Below, piece by piece: positions 53,228 to 63,143 of a DNA stretch of 64,000 nucleotides. Each line of letters opens with the position of its first letter. Within the stretch, counting starts at the first letter, position 1. The stretch is from an uncultured Acidobacteriota bacterium (GTDB lineage: Bacteria; Acidobacteriota; Vicinamibacteria; Fen-336). The position numbers and the translations under genes are program-made. Under the pieces are notes generated by a model that ran no database searches, was not told the DNA's origin, and saw nothing but the letters and a program-made list of their open reading frames with translations. The stretch covers positions 1,767,633 to 1,831,632 of the forward strand of contig CAVUMT010000001.1 of the NCBI GenBank assembly GCA_963742595.1, given 5' to 3'.

Positions 53228-55597
53228 CTACGAGCCCCAGAACCTCGTCGATACGGACAGCCCGATCGTCCGCGGCCGGATCAGGCCCAGGCCGAGCGCG
53301 CCGTTGGGAAGGGGGCCGGCGTCGCCGATGCTGACGTGACGCCCTGCTCGTTCGTGAGGTTCTTTCCGTAGAGCTCGACGGACCATCGACCGAGGTAGAC
53401 GCCCGCGCGAAGGTCCAGGGTCACGAAGCTGTCGAGCCTGGCGAAGGCTGCCGTCGGGCAGCCCGGTTGTCGAACTGGACCGTTCGTTCGCCGGTGTAGC
53501 CCAGGCGTGCCGCCGACATAGGCCCGCGTGCTGCCCTTCACCGTCCATTCGTAGTCCGCGTTCAGCGCGAAGCTCCATTCCGGCACGTACGGGAGCGGAT
53601 CGCCGTCCTCGCCGCCGACGACGGGATCGGTGTCCTCCGTGAGCTTGGCGTCCGTGTACGCTCCGTTCAGGGACAACGCCAGGCCACTCGCCGGAAAGAC
53701 GCTGGCCGCGAGCTCGAGGCCCTTGCTCACGGCGGTTCCACCGTTGCCGTTGATTCCGAAGTTGTTCACCACCAGGAACAGCTGGATGTCCTCCCAATCG
53801 AGGTAGAAGGCGCTGAAATCGAGCGAGAACTTGTCCGCCGGGCCCGCCCCCCGCCTTCAGGCCGAGCTCGTAGCTCGTCAGGCTGTCCGAGTCGTACGTC
53901 CTCGGAATGTCCGGCGGAGCGCCCGGCGGCAGCACGTTGGGTCCGCCCGGCCGGAAGCCCGTGGCGACGCGGCCGTAGATCGACGCGTTCTGCTTCAGCT
54001 CGAAGCGCGGCGCGAACGACAAGGTGAACGGGCTCTCCGAGGACTCCACGTCGTCGAACCTCGACGAGTCCGCCGACCAGGGGGCCGTCGGAGAGCTGCG
54101 ACGCGACCTGCTCGTTGTGGCTCAGCGCGGCCGCCGAACGACGAGGTCCAGGCGCGGCGTGGCGTGCCAGGTGGCGTTGGCGAACCCGGCGAACTCCTCG
54201 TACGTCGAGTCGAGCGAGACGTCGGCCAGGGTCGGGACGCCGGTGGCGACGTTGTCCGTGCCGGCTTCGACGGCCACGATCTTCTGCTTGATGGCGGAGT
54301 CCTCGTCGGTGTAGTACGCGCCGACCAGCCACTCGAAGGACTCGCTCTTGGGCGAGACGAGGCGCAGCTCCTGGCGTGAACTTGTCGGTGCTGGTCGTCT
54401 GCGGCAGGACCGCGCTCAGCGGCCGCGTCTGCGGCATCGCCGAAGAGGAGGGTCACGAGCGAGGCCAGGGGCGGACCGCCCGTCAGGTTGGTCGCGATGG
54501 CCAGGTCGGTCTGGAAGTCCGTCTCGAACGTGCCGTAGCTCGTGATGGACTCGAGGCTGGCGGGCCCGAGGTCCCAGTCGATGGTGCCGCTGTAGACCCG
54601 ATACTTCGTGTCGTTGAACTCCGACTGGTAGCGGGACTGCACCGGAGTGCTCGTTCAGCGGCTCGAGGCTGTCCGGGTCGCCGTCGACCGTGCTGGACGC
54701 GTCGCTCTCCATGTTCTGCAGCTGCACCGCCAGGTTGACCGAGAGCTTGTCGGAGGGCTTGAACAGCGCGGCGAAGCGCCCTCCGAACCGGTCGAGCGAG
54801 TTGAGGCCGTCGTCGACGAGCGTGCCGTCGATGACGTTGATCGCCGGGTTCGTGAGGCTGGGGATCGGGTTGTTGCCGATCGAGTCGATGAAGCCGCTGT
54901 CGAACCGATAGAAGCCGCTGGCCCGGACCGCGACCTTGTCGCCGAGCGGCACGTTCACGAGGCCCGGTCAGGGAGTACCCGGGGTCGCCGTTGGCGACGG
55001 TCTCCGCGCTGCCCATGAACGCGCGCCTCGAACCTCTCGGTGCTGGGCCGGTTCGGAACGTACTTCATGACGCCGCCGAGCGAGCTCGCTCCGTACAGGG
55101 TGCCCTGCGGGCCACGCAGCACTTCGACCCGGGCGATGTCGAACGTGTCGAAGTCGCCGGACGACGATCGCGGCGTTGGCCAGGCCGGTGCTCGAGCCGA
55201 ACGGCACGTCGTCGAAGTAGACGCCGATGGTCGACGCGACGCCGTCGGTGTTGATGCCGCGCAAGGTGATGCGGGTGACTCCCGGCCGGGCGGTGGTGAC
55301 GCTCAGGCCCGGCACCAGCGGCACGAGGTCCTGGAAGTCGTCGGCCCGCTGCTGTTCCAGCAGCTGGCCGCCGACGACCGTGACCGAGGCCGGAATGTCC
55401 GCGATGGCCTCCGTGCGCTTCTGGGCGGTGACGACGACCTCCTCGCGAAAGGCCAGGGGCTTCGACGGATCGTCCGCCGCGGCTTGCGTCGGCGGCTCCT
55501 TCGTCCTCGGTCGGAGCGGCGGCGGTTCCTGGGCCCAGGCCAGGCGGGGCACAGCAGGCCGAGTCAGGACAAGGACGCTCGTTCTCGAAGGACGCAT
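53228..55597 (-). CDS. TonB-dependent outer-membrane receptor (5 or more frameshifts)
   Basis: Plug domain ...EVVVTAQKRTEAIADIPASVTVV...ITLRGIN... Barrel segments in four further frames. C-terminal ...RTIGLSVSTRFWGS. Confidence 0.7.
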
Positions 55598-55648
55598 GAA
55601 CCACCTCCCGGAGTTGCCGGTGCGCGTGGCTGCGTGGACACGATCAAA

Positions 55649-55767
55649 GCATCAGGTGTTGCAGCGTTGTCAAGCCGCGCATGCGCGCGGCGCTGTCGAG
55701 CCGGACGCCGCCTTGACGGCTTCCCGGCGGATGGGATAAGACACCGGAGCATCAAGTGTTGCAAGTG
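55649..55767. repeat. direct repeat of an 18-nt motif AGCATCA(A/G)GTGTTGCA exactly 100 nt apart in a divergent promoter region
   Basis: aaGCATCAGGTGTTGCAgcg at 55649 and gaGCATCAAGTGTTGCAagtg at 55749. A related caagtgttga occurs at 58885 upstream of the RpiR regulator. Confidence 0.45.
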
Positions 55768-55818
55768 ACGGGCGGATCGGCGGAGCCCGCTCTCCCGGCT
55801 TCAGGGGGTCGAATCGCC

Positions 55819-57832
55819 ATGACTCGCTCGTCACGCCGCGTGACCGCTGTGCCGGCGGGCCGCCCTCGCCTCGGCCCTCGGCCTCCTGGCCGCCATCGTG
55901 GGGGCGGCCGACACGCCCGCGCGCGCCTTCGACGCGGGAGGCGACCCGACCTACCGGCCCGTCGAGGCGGCCGCGCCGCAGCCGCTGGCCGACGCGCGGC
56001 CTCCGCAGCCCCGAGGAGCTCGAGGCCTTCGTGGACGGCTTCGTGGGCGGCGAGCTGCGAGGCCTACGACGTGGCCGGCTTGACCGTGGCCGTGGTCAAG
56101 GACGGGCAGCTCTTCTTCGCCAAGGGCTACGGCTGGGCGGACGTGGAGCGCCGGGTCCCGGTCGACGCGGAGGAGACGCTGTTCCGGCCCGGGTCGGTGT
56201 CCAAGCTCTTCACCTGGACCGCGGTCATGCAGCTCGTCGAGCAGGGCAAGCTGGATCTCGACGCCGACGTGAACACCTACCTGACGCAGTTCAAGATCCC
56301 CGCCACCTACGACGGCGCCCATCACGCTCCGGCACGCGCTCACCCACACGGTGGGGCTGGAGGACGGCGGCATCGGATACCTGATGGCGCGCAGCCCGCG
56401 AGCAGATCGTGCCCCTGGCCCGGTCCCTGGCCGCAGCATCAGCCCGCCCGCGTGCGGCCGGTGGGCACGAGCGGCGAGGGCCTGAGCTCGTCCTATTCCA
56501 ACTGGGCCACGTCCCTGGCGGGCCTGATCGTGGCCAACGTCTCCGGCGTGTCGTTCGAGGACTACGTGCAGGCGAACATCCTGCGCCCCCTGGGCATGGA
56601 CAGCAGCACGTTCAAGGAGCCGCTTCCGGAGGCGCTCGAGAAGCGCATGTCGGTCGGCTACACCTTCGAAGCGGGTGCGTTCAAGCCGCACGGCTACGAG
56701 TTCATCGCGAACTTCGGTCCCGCCGGCTCGCTGGCCGCCACCGCCACCGACATGGCCCGCTTCATGATCGCGCACCTCCAGGAGGGGGCGCTGGGAGACG
56801 CGCGCATCCTGAAGCCGGAGACGGCCCGCGCCATGCACGCGCGCGTCTTCAGCCCTCACCCCGCCGTGAACGGGTCCGGCCTCGGCTTCTACGAGACCTA
56901 CATGAACGGCCGGCGGATCATCGGGCACGGCGGGGACACGAACTACTTCCACAGCGAGCTCGGGCTGCTCGAGGAGGAAGGCGTCGGGTTCTTCGTCTCC
57001 GTCAACACGGGCGGCAAGGCGGCGCTCGTGCCCCGGCACTTCGTCCGTGCCTTCATGGACCACTACTTCCCGGCGCGGCTGCCCGTGGTCAAGCCCCCCG
57101 CCGACTTCGGCGCGCGGGCCGGAAAGTACGCCGGACGCTACCGCGCGCTCCGCCATTCCTACACCCGGTTCGAGAAGGTCTTCGCCCTGCTGGGAGGAGC
57201 TACCGTCGCCGCCACCGGGGACAACACGCTCGTCATCCCCGGCCTGCTCGGGGACAGCGCCCAGTACGTGGAGGTGGCGCCCGGTGTCGTTCCGCGAGGT
57301 CGACGGGGACAGGACGGTCGCGTTCATCGAGAACGGCGCCGGCCAGGTCGTGGGGATGGTCGGCCAGTTCGCCTTCATCCCCTTCTACAAGCTGCGCTGG
57401 TACGAGAGCTCGCCCTTCCACTTCACGCTGCTCGGGCTCTCCCTCCTGCTCTTCCTGATCGCCCTCGTCTCGGCGCTGCGGAACTGGAAGACGCGACAAG
57501 GCGGGGCCGCGAGCCGCCCGCTGGGCCCGGCGCAACCTCGGCGCGCTCGCCGCCCTCAACCTGGCCTTCCTGGTGGGCTTCGCCTCGATCTTCGCCGCCG
57601 GCCTGGACGAGCTGATCTTCGCCGTGCCCAGGAGCCTGTACGCCGTGCTGACCCTGCCGCTGATCGGGCTCGCGCTCACCGCGCTCGCGGTGGTCCTGCG
57701 CCGTGCGCGTCTGGCGGGAGTCGTACTGGACGCGCGGGCGCGCGTCTGCTTCACACCGCGGGGGTGGTGGCGGCGATCGCCTTCGTGTGGTTCCTGAACT
57801 ACTGGAACCTCCTGGGCTACCGGATCGGATAG
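55819..57832 (+). CDS. membrane-anchored beta-lactamase-family serine hydrolase (3 or more frameshifts)
   Basis: SxxK = SVSKLF. ...GYGWADVERRVPVDAEETLFRPGS... C-terminal TM helices ...FHFTLLGLSLLLFLIALV... and ...VVAAIAFVWFLNYWNLLGYRIG. Confidence 0.65.
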
Positions 57833-57839
57833 AGCGCCG

Positions 57840-58812
57840 TCACTCCCGCCTTCGCGTGCCTCGTCCGCGCCGCGACCTCGGCCTGTCCTCGTCGCGTCCC
57901 GGCGCTTCCTCGTACCAGCGCGGACCCGAGAGGTACTCCTTCTCCGTCTGACGGAGCAGGGCGAGGGCGCGGCTCGGAGCGATCTCCGCGCAGGCGAGGA
58001 CGATGGCGTTCAGGAGAGCCATGGGAGCCACGTACGAGCCGCTGAACGTCGCGCCCGCGGTCGAGGCCACGAAATAGCCGTCGCATTCACGGGCCAGGGG
58101 TGTCGTGTCGCTGTCCGTGATGGCGACGGTCGGGACCCCCCGGCTCCGCGCGAGCTTCGCCGCCTCCACGGTGACGCGGAGACAGCGGCCGAAGCTGATG
58201 GCGACGAGCAGGTCCTTCCTGGCCGAGCAGTCGAACCTTGTGCTGCAGGTTGCCCCCGGTCCCCACCGGGGCTTCGGCGTCGAACCCGAGGGGCAGGAGG
58301 GCGTAGGCGAAGAACGAGGCCAGCGAAGCGGCGAGGTCCGACCCCACCACCAGGATGCGCCGCGCCTGGTGGATGCGGCGGGCGAAGCCCACCACGCGTT
58401 CGGGGTCGAGGCCGCTCTGCAGCCGGTTCAGGTTCCCGAGGTCCCGCTCGAGGCTGTGCCGAACGTGGTCGGCCAGGCTGCGCTTCTCGTCGGTGGTGGC
58501 CTTGAGGATCCGGTAAGGGGTGAGCCGCGAGACGAAGTGCTCGCGGAGATCGGTGGCGAAGTCGGTGTAGCGCTCGTAACCGAGGGCCTGCACCGTGCGC
58601 ACGATCGTGGCGGGGTCGACGCGGTAGCGACGGGCCAGGGCCCGCGAGGAGAGGAAGAAGGTCTCGTCGGGGTTCTCCAGGGTGGCCTGCAGCAGCCGCC
58701 GCCGGTTCGGCGAGAGCCGGTCCTCGTAGCGGGCGATCCTCTTCTCGATGGCCGTGCGGGTCGGAATGCCGCGCCTCGTCGCATCATTCGCTGCATGACC
58801 CGCGGTGCTCAT
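57840..58812 (-). CDS. MurR/RpiR family transcriptional regulator (HTH plus SIS domain), one frameshift
   Basis: HTH_6 region ...LSSRALARRYRVDPATIVRTVQALGY...; SIS domain ...ILVVGSDLAAS...VAITDSDTTPLA... Confidence 0.65.
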
Positions 58813-58907
58813 GGCGCGATCCGATATACCACGGCTCGGGCTCCGCCCAAAAGGCCGGCGGGGAGCGCCGCGGTGGGGGTGCAACAAGTGTTGAGGCCCC
58901 CGCCCGG

Positions 58908-60125
58908 TCAGCGGTCGCGGCCCGACCGCTCACGGAGGAGGTCGCTCAGGCGGGGGTCGTCGGGGGCGACGAGGGCCAGCTCCGCGATGGCCTTTCGGGC
59001 CTCCGGGTCCGGTGCGCCGGGCCGCGCCCGATGAAGGAGCGCGGCGATGCGGGCCTCCGCCTCCGGGCTGCGGCGGGCCTCCGGGCGTCGGCCCGCGGGC
59101 CGTCGCCGGACGGTGTTCCAGAGGGCCTCCGCGGCTTCCCGGCTGTCGGGGTCGATGGCGAGCGCGGCCCGAAGCTCGTCCGCCGCGGCGTCCGCCTGCC
59201 CACCGTCCTGGTGCTTCTTGCTCCGAGCCACCAGCTCGCGCACGCGCGCCCGGTCGCTGTCGTGGAGCGCCGCGGCTCCGGCGCGGGGCATTGCGGACCG
59301 GCCGTGCGACCGGCGAAGGGCGCCGTGGACGCGCCAAAGCTCGCGTCCGGCCTCCTCGAACGACGGGTAGCGCTCCTCGGGGGCCTTGCGCAGCATGCGG
59401 TGCACCACGAGGGCGAGACGCGCCGGGAGCTCGGGGTTCACGGTGAGGAGCGGGTCCGGCTCCTCGGAGATGATCTGGTAGAGCACGCCGTGGAGGCTCT
59501 TCCCCCGGAACGGCTTCTGCCGGCACAGGAACTCGTAGAACACCGCTCCCGCGGAGAAGATGTCCGTGCGGTTATCCAGGGGCTTGCCCATGGCCTGCTC
59601 GGGCGACATGTAGTCGGGAGTCCCCAGGATGATCCCCCGGCGGGTGATGGTCTCGAGGGTGGCCACGCGAGCGAGACCGAAGTCCAGCACCTTCACCCGG
59701 CCCGCGCCGGTGACGAAGATGTTGGCGGGCTTGACGTCGCGGTGCCAGACGCCTTTCGAATGGGCGTATCCGAGGCCGTCGCAGATCTGGGCGAGGATGT
59801 GGACGCGGTCGGCGAGGGGCACGTCCGTCCCGCGCTCGAGGAGTGCGCGCAGGTCGTCCCCCTCGAGCAGCTCCATCGCCATGTAGAGGTGGCCGTCCGT
59901 CTCCCCCACGTCGAAGACGGAGACGATGTTCGGATGGTTGAGCCGGCCGATCGCCTCCGCCTCTCGCGCGAAGCGGTGGTGCAGATCGTCGTCCGCCCGG
60001 AGGTCGGCGGAGAGCATCTTGAGCGCCACCACGCGGTCGAGGCTCGTGTCGCGGGCCCGGTGGACGATACCCATGGCCCCTTCGCCGATCTTCCCGAGGG
60101 TCTCGTAGCGGCCGAACCGGGCCAT
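58908..60125 (-). CDS. Hanks-type Ser/Thr protein kinase
   Basis: GxGxxG (GKIGEGAMG), VALK, HRDVKPANI, DFGLA, GTPDYMSPE. Intact 405 aa with Pro/Arg-rich C-terminus. Confidence 0.85.
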   Translation of the reverse strand: MARFGRYETLGKIGEGAMGIVHRARDTSLDRVVALKMLSADLRADDDLHHRFAREAEAIGRLNHPNIVSVFDVGETDGHLYMAMELLEGDDLRALLERGTDVPLADRVHILAQICDGLGYAHSKGVWHRDVKPANIFVTGAGRVKVLDFGLARVATLETITRRGIILGTPDYMSPEQAMGKPLDNRTDIFSAGAVFYEFLCRQKPFRGKSLHGVLYQIISEEPDPLLTVNPELPARLALVVHRMLRKAPEERYPSFEEAGRELWRVHGALRRSHGRSAMPRAGAAALHDSDRARVRELVARSKKHQDGGQADAAADELRAALAIDPDSREAAEALWNTVRRRPAGRRPEARRSPEAEARIAALLHRARPGAPDPEARKAIAELALVAPDDPRLSDLLRERSGRDR

Positions 60126-60141
60126 TGCCCGCGGGGCCGCG

Positions 60142-60903
60142 CTACTCCGTGTAGCGCAGCAGGACGACGGTGACGTTGTCCTTGCCCCCGGCTTCGTTCG
60201 CGGCGCCGATGAGCTTGCCCGCCGCTTCTTCGAGCGAGGGCGCCATCGGGTGGAGGAGACGCTGGATCTCCTCGTCCGCGATCATCGCGTGGAGGCCGTC
60301 GGAGCAGATGAGGGCCACGTCGCCCACCTTGAGCTTCTGCTCGACCACGTCCAGCTCGATCGACTCCTTGGCCCCCACCGCCTTGGTGATCACGTTTCGG
60401 AGGGGGTGGCGCTCGATCTCGTCCGAGTTCAAGATGCCTTCCCCGAGGGCGGCGGAGACCCAGGAGTCGTCCTTGGTCACCTGCGTAAGAGCGCCCGCCC
60501 GCATCAGGTAGCAGCGGCTGTCCCCCGCCGACCCCACGGTCATGACGTCTTCGGAGACGAGGGCGGCGACCACCGTCGTCCCCATGCCCGTGTACTCCTC
60601 GCGGTTGTCCGCGGCCCGGAAGACCTTCTTGTTCGCGAGCTTGATCGCGGTCTTGATCCGGTTGCCGTCGTAGGAGAGGTTCACGTCCAGCCCGTAGGGC
60701 CAGGTGATCTCCTTCTCCTTGTGGCTCCTCTCGATGAAGGAGGCGAGGGTTTCGATGGCCATCTGGGAGGCCACCTCTCCTGCGTTGTGACCGCCCATGC
60801 CGTCGCAGACGGCGTAGAGGCTCGGCTCGGGGGCGACCAGGAAGTTGTCTTCGTTGAGCTTGCGGCGGCGCCCTACATCCGACCGGCCAAACGCCTCGAG
60901 CAT
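60142..60903 (-). CDS. PP2C-family Ser/Thr protein phosphatase
   Basis: ...RKLNEDNFLV...CDGMGGHNAGEVAS...DGLHAMI..., intact; immediately downstream of the kinase. Confidence 0.8.
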   Translation of the reverse strand: MLEAFGRSDVGRRRKLNEDNFLVAPEPSLYAVCDGMGGHNAGEVASQMAIETLASFIERSHKEKEITWPYGLDVNLSYDGNRIKTAIKLANKKVFRAADNREEYTGMGTTVVAALVSEDVMTVGSAGDSRCYLMRAGALTQVTKDDSWVSAALGEGILNSDEIERHPLRNVITKAVGAKESIELDVVEQKLKVGDVALICSDGLHAMIADEEIQRLLHPMAPSLEEAAGKLIGAANEAGGKDNVTVVLLRYTE

Positions 60904-60952
60904 ATCTGGATCAGCAGGATACGGGCTTTGTTTCCCACGGTCAATCGAGAGC

Positions 60953-61681
60953 TCAGAGCGCGGCTCGGCGCTGGATCGCGGCCACCATCTCCTGGACGGC
61001 TCTCTCCATGCCCACGAGGGCGGCGCGGGCGACGATGTTGTGTCCGATGTTCAGCTCCGCCATCTCGGGAAGGGCGGCGACCCGCCCCACGTTCGCGTAC
61101 GTGAGCCCGTGACCGGCGTTTACGGCGAGGCCGAGCTTCCCTCCCAGGCGGGCCGCGTCCGCGACCTTCCGGAGGGCCTCGTCCCGCGCCCGCCCTTCCC
61201 GGGCGTCGGCGTAGGCGGCGGTGTTGATCTCGATCGCGTGGGCGTCGAGCTTGTGCGACTCCTTGACCTGCTCGAGGTCGGGATCCACGAACAGGCTGAC
61301 CTGGATCCCCCCGTCCCGCAACGTCTTGACGATCGGCTTGAGCTGGACGCTGTTCAGGACGACGTCCAGTCCGCCCTCGGTGGAGACCTCCTCCCGCCGC
61401 TCGGGCACGAGCGTCACCTGGTCGGGCTTCACCGTGAGGGCGATCCGCACCATCTCCTGAGTGGCCGCCATCTCCACGTTGAGGCGCGTCTTCACCACCT
61501 GGCGCAGGATCTCCACGTCTCGGTCCTGGATGTGGCGGCGGTCGCCCCGCAGATGGACGGTGATCCCATGGGCCCCTCCCATCTCCGCGAGGACGGCGGC
61601 GTGGACGGGGTCGGGTTCGGTTGCGCGACGGGCCTGGCGCAGCGTGGCCACGTGGTCGATGTTCACGCCGAGGCGAGGCAC
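60953..61681 (-). CDS. pdxJ: pyridoxine 5'-phosphate synthase
   Basis: [19 protein letters not shown]...[13 protein letters not shown]... Intact 242 aa. Confidence 0.85.
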   Translation of the reverse strand: MPRLGVNIDHVATLRQARRATEPDPVHAAVLAEMGGAHGITVHLRGDRRHIQDRDVEILRQVVKTRLNVEMAATQEMVRIALTVKPDQVTLVPERREEVSTEGGLDVVLNSVQLKPIVKTLRDGGIQVSLFVDPDLEQVKESHKLDAHAIEINTAAYADAREGRARDEALRKVADAARLGGKLGLAVNAGHGLTYANVGRVAALPEMAELNIGHNIVARAALVGMERAVQEMVAAIQRRAAL

Positions 61682-61687
61682 CGCGGG

Positions 61688-61697
61688 GAGTATACTC
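61688..61697. promoter_or_regulatory. perfect 10-bp palindrome GAGTATACTC overlapping a TATACT -10-like hexamer 9 nt upstream of the blaI start (candidate autoregulatory operator)
   Basis: gagTATACTc ttcccgtc ATG. BlaI/MecI/CopY-family repressors bind dyad operators overlapping their own promoters. Confidence 0.4.
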
Positions 61698-61705
61698 TTC
61701 CCGTC

Positions 61706-62113
61706 ATGGCGCTCGCCGGCTCACTCGGCCCCCTCGAACGCCGCGTCATGGAGCATTTCTGGGCGAACCCCGGCGCGGGCACCGTCCGCGACGTGCGCGC
61801 GAAGGTCGACTCGGGGCTCGCGTACACCACGCTCATGACGACACTCGATCGGCTTCACAAGAAGGGGTTCCTGGACCGCCGCCGCGAAGGCCGCGCGTTC
61901 GTGTACGCCGCGCGCCAGAGCCGGGGAGAGTTCCACGGAGGCGTGCTGCGCCGCCTTCTCGACGGAGCCCTGGGAAGCGGCGCGAGCGCGGCTCCCGTCT
62001 TGTCCTCGCTCGTGGATACGGTGGGAGAGCACGACCGCGCCCTTCTCGACGAGCTTTCGGATCTCGTCCGGCGCAAGCGGCGGTCGCAGGTCCGGTCGCG
62101 GGGTACGCCGTGA
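61706..62113 (+). CDS. blaI: BlaI/MecI/CopY family transcriptional repressor
   Basis: Penicillinase_R winged-helix N-terminus (...[21 protein letters not shown]...[16 protein letters not shown]...). 135 aa, intact. Confidence 0.75.
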   Translation: MALAGSLGPLERRVMEHFWANPGAGTVRDVRAKVDSGLAYTTLMTTLDRLHKKGFLDRRREGRAFVYAARQSRGEFHGGVLRRLLDGALGSGASAAPVLSSLVDTVGEHDRALLDELSDLVRRKRRSQVRSRGTP

Positions 62114-63072
62114 GCCGCCTCGCTCTTCTCGTCGTCCTGACCTTCGGAGCGTTCCTCGTGGCCCATCTCGCGGGGACCGTCGTCGCCCTCGGCTTCGCGT
62201 GGATGCGCCGCACCCCCTCCGCGGCCGCGCGCGCCCGTCGGTGCCTCGTGCTCCGGCTCCTGCCCACCGCGTCCGCCCTCCTCCTCGCCCTGCTCGTCGC
62301 CGTCGCATTCGCGCGTCACGAGCCCCCGCACACGGGAGAGCGCGCGGGACCGGTCCTCCTCGCCGCGGGCGCGCTCGGCGCCTGGCTCGTCCTCGTCTTT
62401 GCCTGGCGCGCGGTCTCCTCCCTCGTGGTCACGAGCCGGCTCCTCGGCGAGTGGGAGAAGCGCGCCCGTCCGATCGCGCTCCCCGGGGCGCCCGCACCCG
62501 CCCGGCGCCTCGACGACGCCTTCCCCATCGTGGCCGTGGTCGGTGTCCTTCGTCCCCGCCTCTTCCTGGCGAGCTCCGTACTCGACCGTCTGTCCGCGTC
62601 GGAGCTCCGTGCCGTCCTCGATCACGAGAGGGCCCACGTCGACCGCCGGGACAACCTCAAGCGGTGGCTCGTTCGCTCGTGCCCCGACCTCCCGTGGCTC
62701 GGCCGGCTCGCGGACCGGCCGCGGCGCGAGTGGGAGGAAGCGTCGGAGGAGGCGGCGGACGATCGGGCGACCCGACGGAATGGCCGGGTCGCGGCCGACC
62801 TCGCTTCGGCGCTGGTGAAGGTGGCTTCGCTCTCTCCGAGAGGAGCGCGCCTGTCCGTTTCGGCAGTAGCGCTCCTCTCGGAGAGTAATCTGCGAGGCCG
62901 AGTCGAGCGTCTCCTCTCGCACGACCGATCCCTTCCTTCCTCCCGCGCTCCGATCGGCGCGATCGTTGCGCGGTTCACTCTGGCGTTGACCGTCGTCGCC
63001 GTCCTCGTGTCGTCCAGCCCCCTCAGGGCAATCCACGCCCTCCTCGAGAGGATCGTCCTCACACTCTCCTGA
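62110..63072 (+). CDS. BlaR1/MecR1-like M56 family membrane peptidase (signal transducer) lacking a C-terminal sensor domain
   Basis: GTG start overlapping the blaI stop (GTGA). N-terminal TM helices. Zinc motif LDHERAHVDRRD (HExxH). 320 aa. Confidence 0.7.
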   Translation: MSRLALLVVLTFGAFLVAHLAGTVVALGFAWMRRTPSAAARARRCLVLRLLPTASALLLALLVAVAFARHEPPHTGERAGPVLLAAGALGAWLVLVFAWRAVSSLVVTSRLLGEWEKRARPIALPGAPAPARRLDDAFPIVAVVGVLRPRLFLASSVLDRLSASELRAVLDHERAHVDRRDNLKRWLVRSCPDLPWLGRLADRPRREWEEASEEAADDRATRRNGRVAADLASALVKVASLSPRGARLSVSAVALLSESNLRGRVERLLSHDRSLPSSRAPIGAIVARFTLALTVVAVLVSSSPLRAIHALLERIVLTLS

Positions 63073-63086
63073 GCCGCTCCCGGCGG

Positions 63087-63105
63087 CTACTACGGCTGGT
63101 AGTAG
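63087..63105. promoter_or_regulatory. 7-bp inverted repeat CTACTAC-N5-GTAGTAG between blaR1 and the TonB-dependent receptor gene
   Basis: gctactacggctggtagtagg, 39 nt upstream of the receptor ATG. Either an operator or a weak terminator hairpin. Confidence 0.3.
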
Positions 63106-63143
63106 GTCGAAGCCGTCGCTAGATTCAGATCGCGAGGCTCCCC

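Noticed and set aside
55649-55767. Interpreting the repeated GTGTTGCA motif as sigma54 (-24/-12, TGGCAC-N5-TTGCA) promoters
   Set aside because: There is no GG dinucleotide at the correct 12-nt spacing upstream of the TTGCA. Spacing is 14-15 nt. It is more likely a transcription-factor site.
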